A program made the position numbers and the translations under genes. 64,000 nucleotides of DNA from Gammaproteobacteria bacterium. Lineage in GTDB: Bacteria > Pseudomonadota > Gammaproteobacteria > QZLD01. The notes under the pieces were generated by a model. It was given only the letters and a program-made list of their open reading frames with translations, did not search any database and was not told the DNA's origin. The first letter of the stretch is position 1; every line of letters begins with the position of its first letter. The stretch covers positions 28 to 64,027 of the forward strand of contig JAWSVC010000006.1 in assembly GCA_033852075.1 (NCBI GenBank), given 5' to 3'. Shown in pieces: positions 38,228-49,220 of this stretch.

Positions 38228-38461
38228 ATGAAAAATGATAGAGCATACATATTAAGTTCATTTGCAAATAATCTAAAGTTAAAACGAGAACAGTACGGAG
38301 TTTCACAAGCTAAGCTTGCAGAGATCTGCGAGTTAGATAGAACTTATATCAGTATGCTTGAAACTGGGAAAAGAAACCCCTCGTTAATTAACCTAGTGAA
38401 GCTTTCAAATGCTTTAAACATAACGGTTAGCAGCTTATTAGAGGGGGTTGAAGAGTTATGA
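38228..38461 (+). CDS. HTH XRE-family controller (C) protein of R-M system
   Basis: 78 aa. HTH VSQAKLAEICELDRTYISMLETGKRNPS. Stop overlaps the start of the downstream nuclease gene (ATGA). Confidence 0.65.
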   Translation: MKNDRAYILSSFANNLKLKREQYGVSQAKLAEICELDRTYISMLETGKRNPSLINLVKLSNALNITVSSLLEGVEEL

Positions 38462-39216
38462 CAAGATTGCGTATAAAAGATATAAAAGTTATCCAGAAGA
38501 ATAAAAGTGATGGGTGTTATGAAATCGTATTTTATGACAATAGAATCATTAAAATGCATAAACGTAGAACTATTCCTGCCCTGTTAACTTTAATAAAATA
38601 TGGTGAAGGATGTGAAAGCGATTTAACAAATGCGACAGATAATCTTGAAAAAATAAAAAATGAGTTACACGGTCGAATTCCAGGCAATTTAATACTTGAT
38701 TCATATTCAGATGCAAACAAACCATTTAGTGAGCTTTGGAATGAAGAAGGCTTTGTTTTTATTAAAAACCCAATCGGGGAAAAAAGATTGGGCAGTCAAA
38801 AATATGTTTTAGATTTTCAAGATCATGAAAAACTGTTTAATGCCACTAAAAAAGCAAAAAGAAAACAACCAAATAAAGTTACGCAGATTGAAATAATGAA
38901 AATCCAAAAAGGGTTATGTAATTTTTGTGGTTCAAAAATAAAACCAGCAAAAGATATTCACCATAATGTATTTGCCAAGGATAGGGTTAGGCTCGTATGG
39001 GATCATAGAGTTCCTGTAGAAAAAGGTGGTAGTAGTGAAACAGAAAACTATCAGGGGCTATGCTTTTATTGTAATAAATGCAAATGGCAAATATGTAATA
39101 TCTGTGACTTAAGTGCAGATGCTTGCTTATCATGTGCGCTAGGATATATAGAAAAAAGCAGTATTATTTCACCAACAAAAGAGGATATAAAAGATCGTAT
39201 TAATCGGCAGCTATAA
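38458..39216 (+). CDS. HNH-motif endonuclease, putative type II restriction endonuclease
   Basis: C-terminal CNFCGSKI...HHNVFAKDRVRLVWDHRVPVEKGGSSETENYQGLCFYCNKCK has CxxC...DH...N...CxxC spacing typical of HNH nucleases. Translationally coupled to the C protein. Convergent with the m5C methyltransferase. Confidence 0.5.
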   Translation: MTRLRIKDIKVIQKNKSDGCYEIVFYDNRIIKMHKRRTIPALLTLIKYGEGCESDLTNATDNLEKIKNELHGRIPGNLILDSYSDANKPFSELWNEEGFVFIKNPIGEKRLGSQKYVLDFQDHEKLFNATKKAKRKQPNKVTQIEIMKIQKGLCNFCGSKIKPAKDIHHNVFAKDRVRLVWDHRVPVEKGGSSETENYQGLCFYCNKCKWQICNICDLSADACLSCALGYIEKSSIISPTKEDIKDRINRQL

Positions 39217-40189
39217 TTTCTTTTCCTATAGCTGATATTACTGGTGGACATACAGCATTAGCAAGACCCTTAATTGAAGATGTACGTGATACTGGGAAGT
39301 TAAAGCTATCGGGGAATCCCATTATTCTTTGCATTTCAAGAATGCTTAAATGCCTTTTCTCTTTGCTATAAATCGGAATCATTGCTCCACCACCACTAAT
39401 GCTTACAGCTAAAGTTGGTAGCGGTTTATCAACGGATAAGGCTCTTACTCCACTTGATCTAAGTTGATAAATACAGTTATTTAAATCTACATCTTTATCT
39501 GCCCTCTCAAGTTTTTTTCTTGTTTTAGGTATAGTAAATGGTAAATCTGCTTCTTTTAGTTTTCCAGAATAGTAGTCTACATAATATTTCCACCTTTTTC
39601 CTAATGGAATAGAGCTATCATTCTTATTAATTATATTGCTTATAGGGGTTTTATTGTTACTACCTTTTGGGAAAGAAAATGTAGAAATATTTAAATCAGA
39701 CCTGAAAGCAACAATAAATAACCTACTTCTGGATTGAGGTAGACCAAACTTAGCGCTATCAATAACTTCATAAAAAGGCTGATAGCCGATGTCTTCGAGT
39801 GCTTTAATGTATTCTTTGAAAATTTTCCCATTATTCATTGAGTACAGATTTTTAACATTTTCTAAGAAAATAATTTTAGGCTTTTTATGTGAACAAATTC
39901 GTATGATATGTTGAAAAAGATTACCTCTTTCATCGGCTGTTCCTTTTCGTTTTCCTGCAATAGAAAAAGGTTGGCATGGAAAACCGCCACAAAAAACATC
40001 AAAGTTAGGAACATCGTTTGTCTTAATATCAGCAATTGAATCATTTGAAAGCTCTTCTGCTGAAAAGTTACTCTGGTAAATTTTATTTGAATCCAAATTT
40101 ATATCATTTGAAAAAACGCATTTCCAGCCTAAGCTCTCTAAACCGAGTCTAAAACCACCGATACCTGAAAAAAAGTCTGCAAATTTCAT
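39200..40189 (-). CDS. dcm: DNA (cytosine-5)-methyltransferase
   Basis: Motif I FSGIGGFRLG, motif IV GGFPCQPFS, motif VI ENV. Confidence 0.92.
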   Translation of the reverse strand: MKFADFFSGIGGFRLGLESLGWKCVFSNDINLDSNKIYQSNFSAEELSNDSIADIKTNDVPNFDVFCGGFPCQPFSIAGKRKGTADERGNLFQHIIRICSHKKPKIIFLENVKNLYSMNNGKIFKEYIKALEDIGYQPFYEVIDSAKFGLPQSRSRLFIVAFRSDLNISTFSFPKGSNNKTPISNIINKNDSSIPLGKRWKYYVDYYSGKLKEADLPFTIPKTRKKLERADKDVDLNNCIYQLRSSGVRALSVDKPLPTLAVSISGGGAMIPIYSKEKRHLSILEMQRIMGFPDSFNFPVSRTSSIKGLANAVCPPVISAIGKEIIAAD

Positions 40190-40289
40190 GAAATGAATTA
40201 TCCTACAGAAGTGACATATTGTCTACACTAAGAGTGTGAAAATCATTAATGTTCTAATTGTGCTATAAAAAATATAACACCGCAATCAG

Positions 40290-40610
40290 CTATGTGCTTT
40301 AGGGGCTGTTTTTTTGCTTCGTTTTTTTCCAGCGAAAAAAATGAAGGCGCCAGTCGGTGTGCAAACCGACGAATGTTTTTCTGGATACCGGCCTGCGCCG
40401 GTATGACGTTATGTTGGGCTTCGCTGCGCTCACCACCAACCTACAAAAAGACATGGATTCCCGCCTGTGCGCAATGCTGTTCGGGGAAATAAATTAATAG
40501 AATCAAGATGGCTGAGCGTAGCCGAAGTCTCAATGATTCTATGAATTTTTCTTGACCCTTCGGCCTTGGTTTATCCTGAGCGTAGCCGAAGGGCTCAGGG
40601 ATCTTGATAA
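40290..40610. repeat. MITE/REP-like repeat cluster
   Basis: ggataccggcctgcgccggtatgacg and two copies of the gagcgtagccgaag/cttcggc palindromic element. Confidence 0.8.
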
Positions 40611-40711
40611 ATTAAGTTTGTCCTATAAAAATAATTCAAAAAAACCGCCATTTACGCTATTATTGCCCCCTGTTTTTAATCCCAGTCCGTTTTAAATCCT
40701 AGGGAGATTAA

Positions 40712-41068
40712 ATGTCGCAGTATTATCTGCCAGTTTTGGTATTCATTGGCGTTGGAATCTTTTTTGGGGTGATGTCTGTAGCGATGGCTGCAATTATGTC
40801 ACCGAAGAAGCCAACCGATAGAAAGGGCGCTGCATATGAGTGTGGCTTTACCAATATCACTCCGTCTCATAAAAAGTTTAGTATCCGTTTTAATGTGGTT
40901 GCTATCTTGTTTATTATCTTTGATGTTGAATTGGCGTTTCTATTACCTTGGGCGGTTGCCTTTGATGAACTGACCACTGCAGGAATTGTTGGTGGGATGA
41001 TATTCCTATTATTGCTTTTGGTTGGTTTTATCTATGAGTGGAAGAAGGGGGCGCTGGAATGGCAATAG
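40712..41068 (+). CDS. nuoA: NADH-quinone oxidoreductase subunit A
   Basis: 3-TM small subunit. YECGF motif. Confidence 0.93.
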   Translation: MSQYYLPVLVFIGVGIFFGVMSVAMAAIMSPKKPTDRKGAAYECGFTNITPSHKKFSIRFNVVAILFIIFDVELAFLLPWAVAFDELTTAGIVGGMIFLLLLLVGFIYEWKKGALEWQ

Positions 41069-41559
41069 ATGGTTTGCTTCCTGAAGGTTTTGCGACAACT
41101 ACTTTGGATAAGCTGATTAACTGGGCGCGTACCGGTTCGCTGTGGCCGGTTTCATTTGGACTTTCCTGCTGCGCTATGGAGATGATTCATACCGGTGCTT
41201 CTCGTTATGACCTTGACCGCATGGGTATTATTTTTCGCCCAAGTCCGCGTCAGTCAGATGTTTTAATCGTTGCCGGTACTCTTACCAATAAGATGGCCGA
41301 TGTTCTTAGAACTGTATATGAGCAGATGCCAGAACCGAAGTGGGTGATTTCGATGGGGTCATGCGCTAATGGTGGGGGAATGTTTGCCGATGCCTATTCT
41401 GTGGTGCGTGGTTGCGACCAGATTATTCCGGTTGATATTTATGTGCCGGGTTGTCCGCCTTCTCCAGAGGCGTTGATTTATGGGATTATGCAGTTGCAGG
41501 AGAAGATTAAGCGCGAGCAGACGATTGCTAGGAAGCCTAAAAAAGTGAGTGGTGAATAG
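41059..41559 (+). CDS. nuoB: NADH-quinone oxidoreductase subunit B
   Basis: [15 protein letters not shown] and CPP motifs. Start could alternatively be the upstream in-frame ATG at 41038. Confidence 0.93.
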   Translation: MAIDGLLPEGFATTTLDKLINWARTGSLWPVSFGLSCCAMEMIHTGASRYDLDRMGIIFRPSPRQSDVLIVAGTLTNKMADVLRTVYEQMPEPKWVISMGSCANGGGMFADAYSVVRGCDQIIPVDIYVPGCPPSPEALIYGIMQLQEKIKREQTIARKPKKVSGE

Positions 41560-41574
41560 GCAATGAATTTTTCG

Positions 41575-41650
41575 TGGATTATTAAAGTAAAAAAAGTACG
41601 TCATGCCGGCGAAGGCCGGCATCCAGTAGTGTTAAATGACGTGTCCGGTG
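41575..41650. repeat. single MITE-like palindromic element in nuoB-nuoC spacer
   Basis: cgtcatgccggcgaaggccggcatccag, related to copies at 44265 and 44320. Confidence 0.7.
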
Positions 41651-41660
41651 AGGTTGACTC

Positions 41661-42266
41661 ATGAACTTTGCAGCAATCATTAAAGAACTAGAATCCAAGT
41701 TCTCTCATTCTGCACTACAGTTTGCCCAGACAAATGGTGAGTTGACTATTACCGTTGCCGAGGATCATCTGTTGGATGTGTGTAAACATCTTAAAGATGA
41801 CGAAGATTTTTTATTCAAACAGTTGGTTGATGTTTGTGGTGTTGATTATTCAACCTATGGCGAGGCCGATGTTATCCACGACAAAAACGGCAAATATGAA
41901 TCGCCATTCACTAAAAAATATGCTGCGGTTTATCACCTGCTTTCTCTGCAACACAATATGCGTGTGCGGGTACGAGCCTTTGCAAACGATGATAATGAGC
42001 CGCAGTTACCTTCGGTAGTTGGTTTATGGGCTGGTGCCAACTGGTTTGAGCGCGAGGCTTATGACCTGTACGGTATCAAATTTTATGCGCACCCTGATTT
42101 AAGAAGAATTCTGACTGATTATGGTTTTGAAGAGTATCCAATGCGTAAGGATTTTCCTGTGCATGGTCGTACTGAAGTGGTTTATGACGAGGCTCATGAC
42201 AAGGTTGTATCCAGAACCTGTAATTATAAATTCAGAAGAGTTGTGCCGCGGGTGATTAGACGATGA
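41661..42266 (+). CDS. nuoC: NADH-quinone oxidoreductase subunit C (separate from nuoD)
   Basis: 201-aa 30-kDa subunit. Separate gene ending 4 nt into nuoD. Confidence 0.92.
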   Translation: MNFAAIIKELESKFSHSALQFAQTNGELTITVAEDHLLDVCKHLKDDEDFLFKQLVDVCGVDYSTYGEADVIHDKNGKYESPFTKKYAAVYHLLSLQHNMRVRVRAFANDDNEPQLPSVVGLWAGANWFEREAYDLYGIKFYAHPDLRRILTDYGFEEYPMRKDFPVHGRTEVVYDEAHDKVVSRTCNYKFRRVVPRVIRR

Positions 42267-43516
42267 GTGAAAGAAGAACCTATAAAATGAACTTTGGTCC
42301 GCAGCATCCGGCTGCGCATGGGGTTCTGCGTCTTATTATCGAACTCGATGGTGAAGAGATTCTGGAAACCGATACCCATATCGGTTTTTTGCACCGTAGT
42401 ATCGAAAAGATAATGGAGTCTCGTCCTTACGACCAGAATACTCCGTACTTCGATCGTATGGATTATTTTTCGATGATGGCCAATGAGCATGGTTATGTTC
42501 TAGCGATTGAAAAACTTTTGGGAATCGAGGTTCCCAAGCGTGCGCAGTATATTCGCGTAATGTTTGCCGAGATCACCCGTTTGATGAATCATCTGTTATG
42601 GCTTGGTGCTCACGGTTTGGATGTTGGTGCAATGAGCATGATGCTTTATTGTCTGCGCGAAAGGGAAGACCTTTTTGATATGTACGAGGCAGTGTCTGGT
42701 GCCAGAATGCATGCTAACTATTTTTGTGTCGGTGGTGTACAGAATGACTTGCCGGATACTATGCCTAAATACGAGCCTTCGAAACGTCGCAGCAAGAAAG
42801 ATCTAAAAAGGCTGAATGCTGCGCGTCAGGGGTCTTTGCTCGATTTTATCGAAGATTTCTGCACGCGCTTTCCTGCATATGTTGATGATTACGAAACCTT
42901 GCTTACAGAAAACAGAATCTGGAAGCAGCGTCTGGTTGGTATTGGTGTGGTTTCAGCAGAGAGAGCGATTGAGCTTGGTTTTACCGGGGCGATGTTACGT
43001 GCCTCTGGCGTTGAATGGGATCTGCGTAAAAAACAGCCTTATGAAGTATATGATGAGCTGGAATTTGATATCCCGGTTGGCAAGGTTGGTGATTGTTACG
43101 ACCGATATTTGGTGCGCGTAGAAGAGATGCGTCAGTCAACACGTATAATCAAGCAGTGTATTAAATGGCTACGAGAGAATCAGGGGCCGGTAATTGCTGA
43201 TAATCATAAGATAACATCGCCGGCGCGTGAGTATGTTAAGAGTGATATGGAAGCGCAGATTCATCACTTTAAGATTAAGACCGAAGGTTATTGTGTGCCG
43301 GCAGGCGAGGCCTATGTTCCAACAGAGCATCCAAAAGGCGAGTTTGGTGCCTATGTGATTTCTGATGGAGCTAATAAGCCGTATCGCGTTAAGGTGCGTC
43401 CACCAGGGTTTGTGCATTTGGCAGCGCTGGACGAGATGACTCGCGGGCATCTGTTAGCCGATATGGTTACCGTTATCGGTTCGATTGATGTGGTATTTGG
43501 TGAGGTGGACCGATGA
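42263..43516 (+). CDS. nuoD: NADH-quinone oxidoreductase subunit D
   Basis: [15 protein letters not shown], 49-kDa subunit length. Confidence 0.95.
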   Translation: MSERRTYKMNFGPQHPAAHGVLRLIIELDGEEILETDTHIGFLHRSIEKIMESRPYDQNTPYFDRMDYFSMMANEHGYVLAIEKLLGIEVPKRAQYIRVMFAEITRLMNHLLWLGAHGLDVGAMSMMLYCLREREDLFDMYEAVSGARMHANYFCVGGVQNDLPDTMPKYEPSKRRSKKDLKRLNAARQGSLLDFIEDFCTRFPAYVDDYETLLTENRIWKQRLVGIGVVSAERAIELGFTGAMLRASGVEWDLRKKQPYEVYDELEFDIPVGKVGDCYDRYLVRVEEMRQSTRIIKQCIKWLRENQGPVIADNHKITSPAREYVKSDMEAQIHHFKIKTEGYCVPAGEAYVPTEHPKGEFGAYVISDGANKPYRVKVRPPGFVHLAALDEMTRGHLLADMVTVIGSIDVVFGEVDR

Positions 43517-43995
43517 CCTTTTTAAGAGAAGATTTAAGACCCAGGATTGACTCCATTTTAGCCAAGTATCCGGCGGACCAGCGCCAAGCTGCGTTGATTC
43601 CGGTTTTGCATATCGCGCAGGAAGAAAATGGCGGGCACCTGACCAAAGAGATTCTGCATGAGATTGCTGAATATATTCAGATTCCACCAATTGCAGCGTT
43701 TGAAGCGGCTTCTTTTTATTCCATGTTCGAACTGGAACCGGTTGGTAAATACGTGATTAATGTCTGTACCAATGTGTCGTGTATGTTGCGTGGTGCGGAA
43801 GAGATTGTTGCTGCAATGGAGCAGCATCTTGGAATCAAATTGGGTGAAACCACTGCCGATGGAAAGATTACCATGAAGGTGGAAGAGGAATGCCTTGCAG
43901 CATGTAGCCGTGGCCCGGTGATGACCATTAATGGCGAGTATTATGAAAGGTTAACCCCTGAGTTGGCGGTAGAGATTTTGAAGGGGTTGGAGTGA
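43513..43995 (+). CDS. nuoE: NADH-quinone oxidoreductase subunit E
   Basis: 2Fe-2S motifs [14 protein letters not shown] and [11 protein letters not shown]. Confidence 0.93.
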   Translation: MTFLREDLRPRIDSILAKYPADQRQAALIPVLHIAQEENGGHLTKEILHEIAEYIQIPPIAAFEAASFYSMFELEPVGKYVINVCTNVSCMLRGAEEIVAAMEQHLGIKLGETTADGKITMKVEEECLAACSRGPVMTINGEYYERLTPELAVEILKGLE

Positions 43996-44505
43996 TGAAG
44001 TTGCTTTCAAAAATCATGAATTTTTCAAGCTCCCTGAGCCCTTCGGCTACGCTCAGGATGAACCAAGGCCAAGGGTCAAGAAAAATTAGTGAAAGTAAGC
44101 TTTTTTCCTCGCTCCCAAACTCCAGTTTGGTAGCGCATGTTTATGAGGATATGTATGCATTCCCAACGAGGACGTTGGGAACGAGAAATGCCCGTACCAA
44201 ATTCCGTCATTCCCGCGAAGGCGGGAATCCATATGGTGGGCAATGCCCGCACTGCAAATTGTATCGTCATACCGGCGAAGGCCGGTATCCAGAAAAGTCT
44301 TTGCTGTGTATAGAGTTGGATGCCGGCCTTCGCCGGCATGACGTATTATTTCCCTCGCTCCCAAACTCCAGTTTGGTAGCGCATGCTGAACAGAAAGATA
44401 GTATGCATTCCCAGGCAGAGCCTGGGAACGAGAAAAAACTCCTCGATACAAAGTGGCTTCGACTACGCTCAGCCGACTTGTATCTTGGCAGAATCGGAGG
44501 GCATG
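43996..44505. repeat. ~510-bp composite MITE insertion between nuoE and nuoF
   Basis: Two copies of the ~90-bp ctcgctcccaaactccagtttgg...gggaacgag unit, attcccgcgaaggcgggaat palindrome, ccggcgaaggccggtatccag and its inverted copy, cccttcggctacgctcagg element. The listed 175-aa ORF 43992..44519 is made entirely of these repeats. Confidence 0.85.
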
Positions 44506-44508
44506 TAA

Positions 44509-45780
44509 ATGACAAATAGCATCTGTTTTACAACCCTTGAATTCGACCAGCCGTGGACTCTGGAAAACTACGAAAAGGTTGGCGGCTATCAGGCATTGCG
44601 TAAGATCGTAGAAGAAAAACTAACTCCGCAACAGGTTATAGATATAGTAATCGAATCCGGCCTGCGTGGTCGTGGTGGTGCCGGCTTCCCAACCGGACGT
44701 AAGTGGAGTTTTATCGACCAGAACGATGGCAAGACTCACTATCTGGTTTGTAACTCGGATGAGAGTGAGCCTGGAACCTGTAAAGACCGTGATATTCTGC
44801 GTTTTAATCCGCATGCGGTTGTCGAAGGGATGATTATTGCCGGATACGCAATTGGTGCCAAGGTTGGTTATAACTACCTGCGTGGTGAGTTTCATCATGA
44901 GCCACTGCATAGATTTGAAGATGCGCTTAAAGAGGCGCAAGCAAAGGGTTATCTTGGCGATAATATCCTTGGTAGCGATATCAGTTTTACTATTCATGCG
45001 CATATTGGTGCCGGTGCTTATGTGTGTGGAGAGGAGAGCGCTCTGTTAGAATCTCTCGAAGGCAAACAAGGCCGTCCAAGATTCAAGCCCCCATTTCCTG
45101 CGCAAAAAGGTTTGTTTGGTTGCCCAACCATTATCAATAATGCCGAGAGTCTGGCTTCGGTTCCGGCGATTATCCGCAATGGCCCCGTTTGGTTTAATAA
45201 GCTTGGTGTGCATGGCAATCCTGGTGAAAAGATATTTTCGGTTTCCGGGCATGTAGAAAAACCGGGTAATTTTGAGATTCCTTTAGGAACCGAGTTTTTT
45301 GATTTGCTGGAGATGGCCGGTGGCGTTACCAAAGGGCGTAAATTAAAGGCGGTTATTCCCGGAGGCTCTTCAACCGTAATCCTTCCAGTAGATAAGCTGG
45401 ATGGGATGCGCATGGATTATGAGGACATTGCCGAGCGTGGTTCTGCCCTTGGTTCCGGTGCCGTGATTGTAATCGATGATTCAACCTGTATGGTTAAACT
45501 GCTACGTCGTATCGTACGTTTTTATTACAAAGAGAGTTGCGGGCAATGCACTCCATGCCGTGAAGGTGTGGGTTGGATGTATCGTATTTTGGGACGTATT
45601 CTTGAATCGGATGCAACCAGTAAAGATATCGAACTATTAGAATCGGTTGCGACCAATATTAAAGGTCGAACCGTGTGTGCCTTTGGCGAGGCCGCTGCAA
45701 CTCCGGTTCTTAGTTTCTTAACCCATTTTCGCGAAGAATTTGAGGCGAAGATAAAAACTGAAGATGTGGCGGAGGCGTAG
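44509..45780 (+). CDS. nuoF: NADH-quinone oxidoreductase subunit F
   Basis: GRGGAGFPTGRKW (FMN/NADH), CGQCTPCREG 4Fe-4S. Confidence 0.96.
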   Translation: MTNSICFTTLEFDQPWTLENYEKVGGYQALRKIVEEKLTPQQVIDIVIESGLRGRGGAGFPTGRKWSFIDQNDGKTHYLVCNSDESEPGTCKDRDILRFNPHAVVEGMIIAGYAIGAKVGYNYLRGEFHHEPLHRFEDALKEAQAKGYLGDNILGSDISFTIHAHIGAGAYVCGEESALLESLEGKQGRPRFKPPFPAQKGLFGCPTIINNAESLASVPAIIRNGPVWFNKLGVHGNPGEKIFSVSGHVEKPGNFEIPLGTEFFDLLEMAGGVTKGRKLKAVIPGGSSTVILPVDKLDGMRMDYEDIAERGSALGSGAVIVIDDSTCMVKLLRRIVRFYYKESCGQCTPCREGVGWMYRILGRILESDATSKDIELLESVATNIKGRTVCAFGEAAATPVLSFLTHFREEFEAKIKTEDVAEA

Positions 45781-45783
45781 ATT

Positions 45784-47595
45784 ATGGTGGAAGCAATAAA
45801 TAATCAAATAACAATATACGTCGATGGTGAAGCGATTCAGACTGAGCAAGGCGCTATGCTTTTAAATGCGATTGATGCTGCAGGGTTAGGTGAGCGTGTT
45901 CCGCGCATGTGTCATCACAAAGAATTATTTCCGGCCGGGAACTGCCGTGTCTGTGTGGTTGAGATCGACGGTATTCCAAATACTGTGCCTTCCTGCCATA
46001 CTCCTGTGACCGAAGGGATGAAGGTATTTACATCTACTGAAAAGGTTGTTGCTGCACGTCAGGCTGTTATCGAATTTATGCTTATTAATCACCCGCTAGA
46101 TTGTCTGGTTTGTGACCAGGGGGGTGACTGTGAATTGCAGGATATGGTGTATCAGTTTGGTGCCGACCATTCCCGTTATCAGGAAAGAAAGGTTGATAAA
46201 AAACCGGAAGATATCAGTCCGTTCATTGCGGTTAATGCCAATCGCTGCATCAAGTGTATGCGTTGCGTGCGCTTTCTGGAAGAGGTTTCCGGTCAGCGTG
46301 AATTGGGTATGCTTAATCGTGGTGAGGACTGCAAGATATCCTCTTTCTTTGATGAAAATGTGGTCTCAAAATTATCCGGCAATGTTATCGATATCTGCCC
46401 GGTTGGTGCGCTGTTACCAAAGAGCGCAACTCATAAGGTCAGGGCGTGGGAGCTGGAACGTACAGAGTCGGTATCTCCATACGATGCGCTTGGAACCAAT
46501 ATCTATATAAATAGCTTTGATAATAAGGTTATCAAAATTACCCCAAGAGAAAACTCTGAAATTAATGGTAGCTGGATTTCAGACCAGGATCGTTTTGGAT
46601 TTTTAGATCTGCAGGATAGGGTAGAGCAGCCTGTGGTTAAAGGTGAGGTAACCCCTTGGGAGCAGGTGCAGCAAGATTTAGGTGACATATTTGCCGATAC
46701 TGAAAAATCTACGTTGTTTATGGTGGCGCCAACGGCAACTGTAGAGCAGATGCTTGCGGTAGAAAATCTGGCTGCAGCAATGCCAAATGCCGTGATAGAT
46801 TATTGTCTGCCGCAACTAGAATCAAGCTATCTGCCAGTTCTTGGCATGGATATCAAACAGCTGCAGCAGGCGGATCTAGTGATTGTTGCCGGCGGCTCTT
46901 TGGATAATGACCTGCCGGTTCTTGGTGCAAGGTTAAGGAAGGACTCCGTGCCAGTGGTGATGGTTGACCCGGAAAATCCGGATGCTGGTTTGTTACAAGG
47001 TGTTGAGAATCCAGTGCTGTTATTTGGTAAAGGCCTGCTTGATAACGGTTCGGTACAGGAAAAAAATGCATCTGAACTGCGTGATAACTTACAACAGGTA
47101 TTTGCTCATCCTAACTTAAAAGTTGGTGATATTAGTGGCGCTGCTAATTCTGTTGCTGCTGCGATTTTGCAGTCGTTAAGATCTAATCAGAATGAGGCAA
47201 AATCCTTCAATAATGTTGTATTGATTGGCGGAATAAATGACGGGATTGCAGCTGAAAAGTTAGATCTTATTAAGAGCGCCAAAAATGTGATTGCTATGTT
47301 GCCAACTCATGATGCACAGGCAGAGCTATTTTCAAATGTTATTCTGCCGATTCCTGCATGGACAGAAGTTGCCGGTTCTTTTGTGAACATGGCATTGGAT
47401 TGGCAGTGTTTTAAAGCGGCAGTTAAGGCGCCGGATACCACAAGAGAGATCGAACAGATCTGCGCAATGATTGCTAAGGCTGCAAAGGTATTTATCACCA
47501 GAAAAATTACTGAGGATAAGTTTGCCCAAGAACTGGAAAAAGTGCGGTTAAAACAGGTTGAAACAGAGCAGAGTAGAGACGGGAGTGCACAATGA
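45784..47595 (+). CDS. nuoG: NADH-quinone oxidoreductase subunit G (short form, 603 aa)
   Basis: N-terminal 2Fe-2S and 4Fe-4S Cys motifs ([31 protein letters not shown]). Confidence 0.93.
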   Translation: MVEAINNQITIYVDGEAIQTEQGAMLLNAIDAAGLGERVPRMCHHKELFPAGNCRVCVVEIDGIPNTVPSCHTPVTEGMKVFTSTEKVVAARQAVIEFMLINHPLDCLVCDQGGDCELQDMVYQFGADHSRYQERKVDKKPEDISPFIAVNANRCIKCMRCVRFLEEVSGQRELGMLNRGEDCKISSFFDENVVSKLSGNVIDICPVGALLPKSATHKVRAWELERTESVSPYDALGTNIYINSFDNKVIKITPRENSEINGSWISDQDRFGFLDLQDRVEQPVVKGEVTPWEQVQQDLGDIFADTEKSTLFMVAPTATVEQMLAVENLAAAMPNAVIDYCLPQLESSYLPVLGMDIKQLQQADLVIVAGGSLDNDLPVLGARLRKDSVPVVMVDPENPDAGLLQGVENPVLLFGKGLLDNGSVQEKNASELRDNLQQVFAHPNLKVGDISGAANSVAAAILQSLRSNQNEAKSFNNVVLIGGINDGIAAEKLDLIKSAKNVIAMLPTHDAQAELFSNVILPIPAWTEVAGSFVNMALDWQCFKAAVKAPDTTREIEQICAMIAKAAKVFITRKITEDKFAQELEKVRLKQVETEQSRDGSAQ

Positions 47596-48668
47596 TTATG
47601 GAATACTATCATCAGGCCGTTGCATGGTTGTATACGCTACCGGTTCCTGCTGAGATAATTACTATTGCACTAATCTTGTTAAAGATATCTATAATCGTAG
47701 GTGTGTTACTAGGCGGTGTATCTTATCTGACTCTGGCAGAAAGAAGAGTTATCGGAGCCATGCAGGCGCGTATCGGCCCAAATCGAGTCGGCCCATTTGG
47801 AATCTTTCAACCGATTGCCGATGGCATCAAGGCGTTGTTTAAAGAGATAAATGTACCAAGTGCCAGTGACAAAGTGGTGTTCTATATCGCGCCGATATTG
47901 GCTATTGCTCCAGCGCTTGCAGCATGGGCAACGGTTCCATTCGCCAAAGATTTTGGTCTTGTCGACCTTAACGTTGGTCTTTTGTATATCCTCGCTATGA
48001 GTTCTATCGGAGTGTACGGTGTAATCTTTGCTGGTTGGGCATCCAACTCCCGTTATGCAACCCTAAGCGCTATGCGTGCAGCAGCGCAGATGATCTCGTA
48101 TGAACTAGCGATGGGATTTGGCTTGCTTGGAGTGGTTTTGGCAAGTGGTAGCCTTAATCTACGTGAAATCGTAATGGCGCAGGAGGGTGGCTTCTGGAAC
48201 TGGTATTGGATACCTCTGTTCCCGTTATTAGTTGTATATTTTATTGCCGGTGTTGCCGAAACTAATCGTGCTCCATTCGACGTAGTAGAAGGGGAATCAG
48301 AGATCGTAACTGGTTTTATGGTTGAATATTCCGGTATGACCTTCGCCATGTTTTTTATGGCTGAATATGCCAATATGATTCTGATTTCAGTATTAACAAC
48401 CATCCTGTTTCTGGGCGGTTGGATGTCACCATTTGCAGGTATTCCGGTGTTGGGTGATATCTTTGATTTTGTCCCGGGGATTGTTTGGCTTTTTGCCAAG
48501 AGCGGGATCTTCCTGTTTATCTACCTGTGGATTCGCTCCACATTTCCGCGCTATAGATATGACCAGATTATGCAGCTGGGTTGGAAGGTACTTATTCCAA
48601 TTTCGTGTGTATGGGTGGTAGTGGTTTGTGGGTTTAAACTAATTGGTTTTGGGCCTTGGTTTGCGTAA
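47592..48668 (+). CDS. nuoH: NADH-quinone oxidoreductase subunit H
   Basis: [25 protein letters not shown], 8 TM helices. Confidence 0.95.
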   Translation: MIMEYYHQAVAWLYTLPVPAEIITIALILLKISIIVGVLLGGVSYLTLAERRVIGAMQARIGPNRVGPFGIFQPIADGIKALFKEINVPSASDKVVFYIAPILAIAPALAAWATVPFAKDFGLVDLNVGLLYILAMSSIGVYGVIFAGWASNSRYATLSAMRAAAQMISYELAMGFGLLGVVLASGSLNLREIVMAQEGGFWNWYWIPLFPLLVVYFIAGVAETNRAPFDVVEGESEIVTGFMVEYSGMTFAMFFMAEYANMILISVLTTILFLGGWMSPFAGIPVLGDIFDFVPGIVWLFAKSGIFLFIYLWIRSTFPRYRYDQIMQLGWKVLIPISCVWVVVVCGFKLIGFGPWFA

Positions 48669-48691
48669 AAATTAAGTAATTGGGGAAAAAT

Positions 48692-48970
48692 ATGAAAAGA
48701 ATAATATCCTTACTGATAGCCTTATTCACAGTTAATTATGCCTTAGCAGCATTGCCTCCGCAGTATCAAAACGTAAACGATTTGGATGTTATGGTGGATT
48801 ATATAAAGAAACATCCGGAAGTCGCATCTACATTGAAATCGATAGAGCTTATAGAATATACAATTTATTATGGCGACGGATGTAAGGTGGTATTTAACCG
48901 GAAGCCATCAACAAAACCAGGCCCTGCTGCTCCTTTAGAGTTCAGGGAATCAAATTGTGTAATAAAATAA
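48692..48970 (+). CDS. small secreted hypothetical protein in the position expected for nuoI
   Basis: Signal peptide MKRIISLLIALFTVNYALA. No similarity to NuoI (no 2xCxxCxxCxxxCP ferredoxin motifs). Confidence 0.5.
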   Translation: MKRIISLLIALFTVNYALAALPPQYQNVNDLDVMVDYIKKHPEVASTLKSIELIEYTIYYGDGCKVVFNRKPSTKPGPAAPLEFRESNCVIK

Positions 48971-49220
48971 ATTATGTCACAAAGGCCGGCATTCAGTTTC
49001 TTTGCTTTTATTCTTAGAGATGGGATTCTGGATCTCACACTTCGTGTTGTTCGGAATGACTTGGGTTCTGTATTGAATTTTATTTCAGTATGTAGATTGG
49101 GTTAGCGAAGCTTAACCCAACACAAATACTAATTTTAAAAAACCATATTGCTATTTTAAATCTGCTATGTTTAAGTGGATTATTCCCTATCTATTTTTGT
49201 AAATATCAGGTGGAGCTGAA

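Noticed and set aside
44076-44515. Overlapping minus-strand ORFs of 82-121 aa inside the nuoE-nuoF spacer (peptides with IPAFAGMT-type motifs)
   Set aside because: These are read-through translations of palindromic repeats on both strands. The same peptides arise wherever the repeat occurs.
43992-44519. 175-aa ORF between nuoE and nuoF
   Set aside because: Its sequence consists entirely of the dispersed palindromic repeat units (the same ~90-bp unit is at 37825-37900). There is no RBS and no coding-like composition. Treated as a repeat insertion, not a gene.
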